From assembly GCA_051453625.1 (NCBI GenBank), contig JBOZIK010000001.1:46988346-47008345 (forward strand): 20,000 nt of DNA. Reading direction: 5' to 3'. Under the pieces are notes generated by a model. That model was given only the letters and a program-made list of their open reading frames with translations. It had not been told where the DNA came from and did not search any database. This DNA is from Welwitschia mirabilis. Its lineage: Eukaryota. Of this stretch, positions 11,510-20,000 are shown one piece after another. Position 1 is the first letter of the stretch. Each line of letters begins with the position of its first letter. A program made the position numbers and the translations under genes.

Positions 11510-12180
11510 ATCCAAGGATGGCATCATAAATCCAAGTGTGACATTGGACACCTGTGTGTACTAAGTGCGACATCAGACATCCAAGTGCAACGTCAGAGGT
11601 TTTAGAAGGATTTTGGGTCTTATGGAGTAACACTGAGGAGTGACAATGCATCTAGGATATGAGTGTGACATTGGACATCCAAGTACAATGTTGGGCTCCT
11701 AAGTGTGATGTTAGGCCATCAAGTGTGATGTCAAAGCCTATTGTACCGATGAACGAACAAAAGAGATGATGGTAGATTTTAGGTCTACGAGTGGTAAGTG
11801 CAATCTCATGCATCCAAGTACAATGTGGAACACCCAAGTGAGACATCGGGGTTCTTTAAGTAGGTGAGTAGAATAGGTGATGTTTGTGAAAAAATGGTAA
11901 AATCTAGGCCTATGAAGAATAAGTGCGATGTCTGTCACCCAAGTGCGACATCAAGCTTTAAAGGGCTTCGAAATATGATGTTGAATTTGGCAAGACCAAG
12001 TATGACATTGGCCTTCAAAGTGTGACATTGACCATTAAAGTGCGACATCGATATTCTAGGAGTACGACATCGGCATTCTAAAAGTACAATGTTGGCTCTG
12101 AAGTATGACATTAACCATCTGAGAATGTGACATCAACCTCTAAAGTGAGACATTGACCATCTAGAAGTATGATGTTGGGT
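11510..12180. repeat. Degenerate tandem array, ~20-22-bp unit, core AAGTRYRAYRTYRR, at least 22 copies
   Basis: Copies start at about 11534, 11563, 11583, 11661, 11681, 11701, 11721, 11796, 11816, 11836, 11921, 11941, 11971, 11998, 12018, 12038, 12060, 12082, 12101, 12123, 12143, 12165. Confidence 0.9.
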
Positions 12181-12305
12181 TTCAGTCCACTATAATTCAG
12201 GGCCTTAATCTATTCATGGTTAACTAGAGTTTTTTGCATTTAACTAAGATTTAGTTAACTATAGTTAACTCTTATTTTAGGTTAGGTTAAACCTTGGTCC
12301 ACCAC

Positions 12306-12313
12306 TATAAATA
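12306..12313 (+). promoter_or_regulatory. Candidate TATA box (CTATAAATAG context)
   Basis: Matches the plant TATA consensus and lies upstream of the plus-strand gene model. Function inferred. Confidence 0.4.
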
Positions 12314-12496
12314 GCTCCATGATCCCCTTATTTTTTACTTCTTTTATTACATGCCTCTATAATCAAATTGGTAGCTCTTTCATTTATTATTTCAATTATC
12401 TATTTCTTTGATACTTTTATTTTCTTCTTTTCTTTTATTTTAATATTTTCCTTTTTCTTGTTTCTTATATAGGCCCTTCCACAACCTTCTTTTGCC

Positions 12497-12504
12497 TATA
12501 AATA
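12497..12504 (+). promoter_or_regulatory. Candidate TATA box (CCTATAAATAC context)
   Basis: Matches the plant TATA consensus, ~260 bp upstream of ATG 12761, followed by a pyrimidine-rich leader. Confidence 0.5.
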
Positions 12505-12760
12505 CGAGTTCCCTCTAGCATTTGTAGATGTACTTCTTCCTCTGGATTCTAGACTTTGCCTTACCATTTCTTAAAATTATACTAGTGTCAGATCTACAGA
12601 GTTAGAAATACAGCAATGCACTTAGGAACAAGGATTCTCTTGGATCTTTTCCTCTAATATATTAGATCTATATGGCTTTCCATCTTTCTATCTTTGTCAT
12701 CATACTATTCTTTTCATCCTGGATTTCTTTTACTCTTCTTTTAATCTACACACTACTACC

Positions 12761-15672
12761 ATGATCCATTCTCATCATCATCTAATTCAGATTTTGGAAG
12801 AGAGCATTCAACTAGTCTTTGAGATGAGTAAAGGTAATCATGTTCCTCCTAAAGTTTTTCATTGTGATGAGGACTTTTATTATTTCTTAGTTAATCACTT
12901 GGATGATTTTGTATGTGTGTAGGAGATGAATACCCACTGCCATGAGATCTCTATTGCTAATTTTACCACTCCATATTTTGCAGCTTCTGGGGAGCTAATT
13001 GCTGGTAGAGCCTTTCTTCATGATCAGGTGAATGAGATTCCTACTTATATAATTTACTTATTCCCCTTTATAACTAGTGGAGTTTTTTGAGATTGGGCCT
13101 CCGTTGTCTATTCTTCCAGCCTTTCCAAGTTAACCCACTTGAAGAGGAATGGAGATAGGAAGAAGTGTTTATATGGCCATGTCTTAATAGGTTTATATTT
13201 TACTTCTATGGATCGAAGGGATCTACAGCAATTTAGGGCTATTTATAAAGATTCCTCCTTTGTTTTGTCTCTTCATAAGATCCTTGCTTGATCTTTATTA
13301 CATTCTCGTTCTTTCTTATCTATGTAGGTAAAGGTTCTGGGAGTTATGAATTTGGAGAAACATCTCAGGGTACTTTTCCTATTCTATCTGAGATATGAGT
13401 TTTACTGAGGAATCTTGCTATTAAGTATATTTATGATAACTCTGACTTTTTCATTATTTGATATTTGTAGATAAGGAAGAATTCAAGATCTGGTGCCTCT
13501 TCCTGCCAGAAACATGATAAAGCTCCAATAAATTACCTTATGCCTATGGAACTAGAAAAGGAAGAGGATGCACCCCTTAGCTTTTCTCGGTGACACTGGC
13601 CCTGTGGGGTATTACCTATTACCATCTCTTCTTTTTNNNNNNNNNNNNNNNNNNNNNNNNNNNNNNNNNNNNNNNNNNNNNNNNNNNNNNNNNNNNNNNN
13701 NNNNNNNNNNNNNNNNNNNNNNNNNNNNNNNNNNNNNNNNNNNNNNNNNNNNNNNNNNNNNNNNNNNNNNNNNNNNNNNNNNNNNNNNNNNNNNNNNNNN
13801 NNNNNNNNNNNNNNNNNNNNNNNNNNNNNNNNNNNNNNNNNNNNNNNNNNNNNNNNNNNNNNNNNNNNNNNNNNNNNNNNNNNNNNNNNNNNNNNNNNNN
13901 NNNNNNNNNNNNNNNNNNNNNNNNNNNNNNNNNNNNNNNNNNNNNNNNNNNNNNNNNNNNNNNNNNNNNNNNNNNNNNNNNNNNNNNNNNNNNNNNNNNN
14001 NNNNNNNNNNNNNNNNNNNNNNNNNNNNNNNNNNNNNNNNNNNNNNNNNNNNNNNNNNNNNNNNNNNNNNNNNNNNNNNNNNNNNNNNNNNNNNNNNNNN
14101 NNNNNNNNNNNNNNNNNNNNNNNNNNNNNNNNNNNNNNNNNNNNNNNNNNNNNNNNNNNNNNNNNNNNNNNNNNNNNNNNNNNNNNNNNNNNNNNNNNNN
14201 NNNNNNNNNNNNNNNNNNNNNNNNNNNNNNNNNNNNNNNNNNNNNNNNNNNNNNNNNNNNNNNNNNNNNNNNNNNNNNNNNNNNNNNNNNNNNNNNNNNN
14301 NNNNNNNNNNNNNNNNNNNNNNNNNNNNNNNNNNNNNNNNNNNNNNNNNNNNNNNNNNNNNNNNNNNNNNNNNNNNNNNNNNNNNNNNNNNNNNNNNNNN
14401 NNNNNNNNNNNNNNNNNNNNNNNTCGGTGACACTGGCCCTGTGGGGTATTACCTATTACCATCTCTTCTTTTCCTTTATTTTCTCCTCTTTTTTTTTGAC
14501 ATAGGTTTTTTCTTGTTTTATTATAGGTTCTTCGCATAGAGACTTTGGTCAAGGAGGATATGGACTTTACTACCTCTGGAGAAGACTTTCCTTTGACAGC
14601 TAAGGAAGGAGTGCATTACTGTAAGTGAAACTTTTCCTTCTGTTCCTTCGACTAGCCTCTTCATGGATTTATTATTCCCTTTTAATTCTCAAGTGGAAGA
14701 GGTACTTAATAATTTTAATACCTTAATGTATTAGGAGGATATTTCCTATTCCACCTCCTATTTTCAGCCTCCAGGTCAAAGTCCTCTTGTTGCTTACCCT
14801 TCTCTAGAGCCTTTTCGCCACTTGCCTGTAGCTCCACAATCCATTGTAAATGAATAGGACCAAGTATCTTATTGCACCAATCAACTTCTGTCAGTGGTGG
14901 AGATCTTGTACCCTAAGGTTAAGGAGTTGATGGATCCGTTAGAGGATTATCAGTCCTTTTTCAGCCTTTTTCATACATAAGTCCTGCATCCTTCACACCT
15001 AGATGATGTCTACATCCATCATTGATCCAAGCCAGCAAATGTATCATAGCACTTTAAGTACAACCATTTTACTCATTTCACTTCCCATTATTCTTTATAG
15101 CATAAATGAACTACTTCATCTAAGATTTCTACAACATGGTTTATATGATGGAGTCATTTTACTGCATGGCTCATCATAGAATTGAAGCGCGGAAGTCCAT
15201 GAGTAGTTAGCTCCAGATGTTGAAGAATGAGGTGGAAAACATTCGTTTATCAGAGAAGAGATCATGGGTAGATGCTTTACATATAGCTACTATAGAAGAA
15301 ATTTAGGCTACCTTATCTACTCAGCTGATAGAGAGTGAAAGGATAATTCAAGCTTATGAGGATTGTTTGGCCATTACTATTGACGACATCAATGTGTTAT
15401 ATCATGGCAAAGAGCTCTTGAAGGAACATCTGTTAGGGACTTTAGTTAATTATAGTAAGCTTTATATGAAGCTCTATAAGTGGTCATATTCCATTACTAG
15501 GGTAGATTCTATACCGACTTCTTCTTCAGTTGAAATCAATACTACAGCAGTTCCTACATAGCCTACTGAGATGAAAGTAGTTTCAGGAGACATGAAGCCT
15601 CTTATCCCAGGCGTGAAGGGTCACAACCCTGTTACCTTCTCTATGGAGGATCTCCTTCCTCCTCAGCAGTGA
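12761..15672 (+). pseudogene. Antisense, intron-containing extra gene of unknown function inside the chromovirus leader (decayed, ~590 codons)
   Basis: Exon model 12761-13250, 13328-13392, 13471-13608, 14527-14620, 14694-15672 joins in phase. One frameshift near 14960-15000. Internal stops are TAG/TAA/TGA, consistent with C>T/G>A decay. Contains the 15367-15561 ORF. Confidence 0.65.
13637..14423. other. Assembly gap (787 N)
   Basis: Run of N flanked by an identical 49-mer at 13587-13635 and 14424-14472. Confidence 1.
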
Positions 15673-15840
15673 TGATTGGTTTTTCTTGTCAAGGTATCAT
15701 GCACCTTATTTTCACTAACACCTTATTTTCTTTAATCATCATGTTATTATTCTTTGATGCATTGTTTGGACTTTGGCTATTTAATTTATAAACTGAGTTC
15801 TTTCCTTGTTTTTCTCAAGTAGTGGATTACTACTTGTTAT

Positions 15841-15854
15841 TGGCTTTGATACCA
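15841..15854 (-). other. Primer-binding site of the inner element (tRNA-iMet)
   Basis: Minus strand TGGTATCAAAGCCA, one G>A from canonical TGGTATCAGAGCCA, 2 nt from the LTR end. Confidence 0.92.
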
Positions 15855-15856
15855 AA

Positions 15857-16275
15857 TGTAATGTTCCATTTTACTAATTTTAGATTACTTTACATAAAAA
15901 GGAACATTTAAAATAATATAATAAGATTCATAGGAATAACAAGGAATAATTTAAAGAAAATAAGGCTTTTACTATTTATAGCAGTAGATTACATTCCACA
16001 TCATTAGCAAGCAGCTTTGGACCAGTAGTTATAGGTAAATATGTGGACTACGACTTTAGTCCCTCTCCTAGGCTCTTTTGAAGATTAACCAAGGTTATCA
16101 TCGATTACATCCACCTAGTCTATCCAAATCCACCTAATACCGTAGGCTTATATTATATAATGAAGAGACACATCTTTCCATATTTGGGTCACACCCATTT
16201 ATATCTCTTGTTAACCATGCTCAGTTAGCGCTTAACACACTTGATTATACAATTATAAAATTTTGGAATATTATA
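15857..16275 (-). repeat. 5' LTR of the inner chromovirus
   Basis: Starts TGTAATGTTCCA and ends TGGAATATTATA (decayed TGGAACATTACA). Colinear with 6349-6764. Confidence 0.95.
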
Positions 16276-16280
16276 ATTTC

Positions 16281-18154
16281 CTTCTAAATTGACACTAACA
16301 ATTATTGCCCCCGGATCTTTAAACTTTAGACATTTCTGTAAAACTAAGTTATTAATGGATTGAACTACGAACACTTTATTAGGGATGGTTCATTTTTGTT
16401 TCCTCCTAATCAAGTCTTTCCACAACTTAGAATACTTAGAGTTCTCTTGTAAAAGTTTCTAAAATTATAAATAGATACTCACATTTTACATTAAGGTTTT
16501 TAAATGTTCATCAAAGGTAGGATTTGTGTTTAATTTATTAAGCCAAGGGGTAGCAGATTTCTTATAAGAAGAACTTTTCTTTTTTTTGCTTAAAGGATAA
16601 GGAAAAGAATGATTTTTCAAAATTTCTATATCCTCTTATTCATTATTTTTATCACTTTGAGATGTTGAAGCCTTTAGGTTGGGTAAAGATTGAGTGGTAA
16701 GTGACCCTTATGGTATTTGATTAGTAAGCATGGGTTGTTACAAAATACTCACAATATTTTCAATGTTGAATTTTGTTCTTTCTTGTGTTTTTTTCAATTC
16801 ATCAATGGAACTTCTAAGTGGATCAACTTGGTTTTGTGAGTTGGATGCTTACTTGATTATTTAAGTTGTTTGATTGAAAATTTATGTTTTAAAATCTCTT
16901 TTTAAATGGTTGAAAATTAGGATGATTTATTTGAAAATTTTTGAAGTTGGATTATCTATTCATCCTAAGTTGAAAATTATTGTAATTTTAAATTTGATTT
17001 TGGTTTTGGTTTTCATTAAAGTTTGAAGATCTTTGATTGAAAGAACACACTTCTTCATAAATTATTTCTTTATATTTTGACAATAAAGGACACTCTTTCA
17101 TAACATGATAGGTGTCTTAATGTAAATCACAAGTTAGAGCTACAACTACACTCTTCTCTATTGTTACCTTTGCATCTAAAATCATCTAAGTGTATTTTTA
17201 TAAAGTTGAGGTGAGATTCTTAATGACATTTTTTGTTTCATTTACAGTTATTATTTCTTTATTTTTGGCTTAACCTCTTTAAGATCTTTAATGATTTAAC
17301 CTATAGTTTAATCTTCTCTAAATGAGGTAACTCACTTTCAGTAACTCTTTCAACACTTTTTAAGCATTTTATAAAGTAAGATTCAATAAATTTCCTTTAC
17401 ACGAAAAATCAACTAGCTGCTTAGTTTGATTGTTGAGTCCACTATAAAAGTAGTCTACCAATTCTTTTTGAGAAAAATCATCTACAAGGTTCAAATGTAA
17501 AGCAACAAAAAATCTCTCATAGATAAAGGCATAATCTTCATTAATCTATTGTTGGAAGTTGGTTATTTCTTTCTTACATTTTCTAATGTTAGTTTCACTT
17601 ATGAATATCTTAATAAAATCTTTTTAAACTAACTCCATGATTTTAAACTCTTATAAGGAACCATTCTTAACCAAATTTTATCTTTACATTTTAAAGTGAT
17701 GGGAAAAATAACTATGTAAGTTAGATCACTTATGCTTTTCTTACCATTTTTTAGAGTAAGCACTAACTGTTTGATGCCGACAATTGTTGTAAAGGGTCTT
17801 TATCATGTTCACCACTATAAATGGAATAAACATTTAGGTTTATAAGTTCGATACCATTAACAGGAGGTAAATCAAAAGGAGTTTGAATTTCACATTTTTT
17901 TTATTAGCAACTAGTTCTCTAAGAGTGATATTTGCGTTAGGGTTTATAGGTGTAGTCATAGGAGTTCCAATAACAATGAAGGGATTAGGCAAAGTGACTT
18001 GATTTTACTTTTGCAATGAGCTAGACGTATTTAAAAATTGAAAAATATCATTGAAATAATCTTCTAAAAAGTTTTCTTTCACAAAATTAGATTTTAAAGA
18101 TATAAATGTAGAAACTTCTGGAATTTTTAAAACTTACATATATTTGGTGTGCAT
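16281..18154 (-). pseudogene. gag: gag and protease N-terminus of the outer element, decayed (start approximate)
   Basis: KEITNFQQ..ERF..ELVDYFYSGLNNQTKQLVDFSCKG (Athila-type gag core, ~17340-17580), Cys/His remnant CDLH*DTYHVMKECP (~17085-17132), and LKFKDPGAIIVSVNLE directly before the insertion. Confidence 0.82.
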
Positions 18155-18701
18155 TCCTTAGTTAAATTTGAAGTTAATTAAACCTTCTTAGATGTTTTCC
18201 TCTATGAACAGCTACTCTCTAATATTTTTCTTTCTTACTATATTTTATCATGTCCCAGCATACTCAGTTTTGATGCTTAATGTATCATCCCTATAGTTAT
18301 TTGAATGATAGTCTGGATGATAGAAACATAGAAAATACCAAAAACAAATTTTAAAAAACATAGAAAACAGAAATGTAAAATGATAGATATAAGAAATACA
18401 GAAAGTAGAAGATCGTCCATCTGTTTCATCTAAATGAAAGAGGAGATGATAAAAAAACCCTAAAAATTTTAAGAAAGTGATAAACTAAAAAAACTCAAGG
18501 CATAAAGCCCATCAACATTGCACGTCATCTAGATGATGAAGCAGATGATAAAGTATTTATTTTGAAATGTAAAGACAGAAACTATGAAAAGAAAAACCTA
18601 TGCCATTGTAACTAAAAATATAGCATTGCTACAAGTAAATATCTAAACTGGAATCCAAACACTTACCTGAATAATAACAACTCTCAAGCTTCAAGCAGCA
18701 T

Positions 18702-18719
18702 TCCCCAATAACGATGTCA
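18702..18719 (-). other. Degenerate primer-binding site of the outer element (tRNA-Asp type)
   Basis: Plus strand TCCCCAATAACGATGTCA versus the tRNA-Asp 3' end TCCCCGGCAACGGCGCCA: 12/18 match, all six differences C>T or G>A. Lies 5 nt from the LTR terminus TGATG. Confidence 0.8.
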
Positions 18720-18724
18720 AGATA

Positions 18725-19822
18725 TGATGTATATTTGTGCAAATAATTATGCTTGAGAAGATCCTGTCATTCACAAATAAAATAGATATTCTACACAACA
18801 TAATACACTAATATAGATGGGAGTGAACTTGAATGTTGTAATCCATTGAAGGCCGAGGCTAGAAGAAAGAGAATTAATTTTAACAAGAAACACTTACATA
18901 TTCTAGCAATAAAAATAAATTGCAATATATAAAATCATAATGCAATACAATTATGCAAAGTTAATCTAGGAAAGAAAAGAAATAATGCACCTAAACTAAA
19001 AATGCTCAACCTTAATAAAAGTTGCCCTCATAACCTATATCTCTTAAGAAACTGTCAGTAAATTGGAAGCAATATAAACTATGACAGATAAGTAACAAAA
19101 AGCAAAAAAAATGAAAAAGAGTTCATTGTATTGATCCCAAACCAAATTCATGTTACAAAGTAGCCATACCTCAATGGAGAAAGCACAACCCAAAATTAAA
19201 TAAGAATTCTCTCTGCAGCTACTAAGGATGGATCTTCGACACTTTGATCTCCTGTCACGAGAATTTTTCATGCAAGTGAAGAAGATGGAGTTGAAGATGG
19301 AATCAATACTTATTGATAATAGACACACAAATAATAAAATAGATAAACAGGTATAGGAACAACCCTAATGACCATGCAAGAGACATACAGACAAATGGAA
19401 AAAGTTAGGTGAATGTTTAGTGGAGTGTTATAATAGATGTCATTCTGCTAGGCATCTAGATGATATAGGAGACGATGCCACCTCATAAGTATTCCATGTC
19501 AATTGTCAGATTAATCACAGTTAGCATCCTCATTAGCTTCAACTGGTCTATCATCCGTATAGTCATTCGAATAATGAGGTGAATGATAGGCTTTTATAAA
19601 GGTTAATCTGATTCATCAGTCTTAATGTTTGCAAGAAGTTTACTTCAAAATAGAAAGTATTATGAACTACTCTAAATACTACAAAACTTCATAGAGATTG
19701 CATGTTTTTGTATCTTTCATATTATCTCTCCACTATCATGGAAATCTAGTGTAAATCTATTTAATATCCTACAAAACTACTCAAAATACCCTATCATATA
19801 TATACAAGTTCGTAGCACAACA
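18725..19822 (-). repeat. 5' LTR of the outer element (~1.1 kb)
   Basis: TG at 18725 next to the PBS and CA at 19822 where homology with 1-492 ends. Imperfect terminal repeat TGATGTAT / GCACAACA. Confidence 0.82.
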
Positions 19823-20000
19823 ATCACCAAGGTGGGTTACATTGCATTTTTTTATAATACCTTTCTAGAAATGGATTTAATCATTACTCTCTTGTCCAAC
19901 CCATGTATAACTTTACTATGACTTAATATCTCAAGTCCTTGGCATCGGTGGATTATGTTTCACCATTTGGAAATGTTTTAAGGAAAAGGGGGTTGTTTTT

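Larger units (their letters stand above)
6349..16275 (-). mobile_element. Full-length decayed chromovirus (Tekay/Del-like Ty3/gypsy), nested in the outer element
   Basis: Paired LTRs (6349-6764, 15857-16275), iMet PBS, PPT, TSD, and gag-PR-RT-RH-INT-chromodomain on the minus strand. Lineage is inferred from motif style only. Confidence 0.93.
1..19822 (-). mobile_element. Decayed Athila-like (non-chromovirus) Ty3/gypsy LTR retrotransposon, outer element, truncated by the left window edge and interrupted at 6349-16275
   Basis: Homologous LTR sequences at 1-492 and ~19317-19822 both end in CAACA. tRNA-Asp-type PBS at 18702-18719. Gag-PR-RT-RH-INT order on the minus strand with Athila-type motifs (KFKDPGA, VELADTSIK, QHKIYLEDNAKPIRQPQDRLN, NYTTTEKEMLA, PWYVDIVNYL), followed by an extra env-like ORF. 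Confidence 0.9.

Noticed and set aside
11424-11938. Minus-strand ORFs of 64-75 aa
   Set aside because: They are translations of the tandem repeat (recurring SHLG/HTW peptides) with no independent coding signal.
11510-12180. Repeat array superficially resembling CRISPR
   Set aside because: Units are degenerate with only 6-10 nt linkers, there are no unique 30-40 nt spacers and no cas genes, and the context is a eukaryotic retrotransposon.
13533-14552. Four long ORFs (273-339 aa) in the ORF track
   Set aside because: They consist almost entirely of X from the N gap; artefacts.
15041-15100. Possible fifth intron (GTATCA...TTTATAG) in the antisense gene
   Set aside because: It is 60 nt and does not correct the reading frame; a frameshift near 14960-15000 explains the data better.
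19828-20000. Possible LTR end (GGTGGGTTACA) and PPT-like AAGGAAAAGGGGG-TTG in the right flank
   Set aside because: Too little sequence and no partner repeat in the window to support a third element.

Overview
AT-rich plant-type nuclear DNA made of two nested, decayed Ty3/gypsy LTR retrotransposons, both on the minus strand, with no intact gene. The outer element is Athila-like: 5' LTR 18725-19822, degenerate tRNA-Asp PBS, gag-PR-RT-RH-INT, an env-like extra ORF at 1062-2284, and a 3' LTR that runs off the left edge (ends at 492). A Tekay/Del-like chromovirus (6349-16275; ~416-bp LTRs, tRNA-iMet PBS, PPT, chromodomain) has inserted into its protease domain, and removing the insert restores the frame. 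Three observations stand out. (1) The chromovirus has a ~4.4-kb leader between PBS and gag carrying a decayed antisense gene model with phase-consistent introns (~590 codons, TATA boxes upstream). (2) Next to it lies a ~20-bp-period array of a CpG-rich palindromic motif (inferred ancestor AAGTGCGACGTCGG). (3) The outer element has 11 dispersed copies of a composite palindrome GTCGTCC-N5/6-GTCGTCCGGACGAC-N5/6-GGACGAC. The 787-N gap is flanked by a 49-bp exact overlap and is probably false. All translations and identities are by hand.
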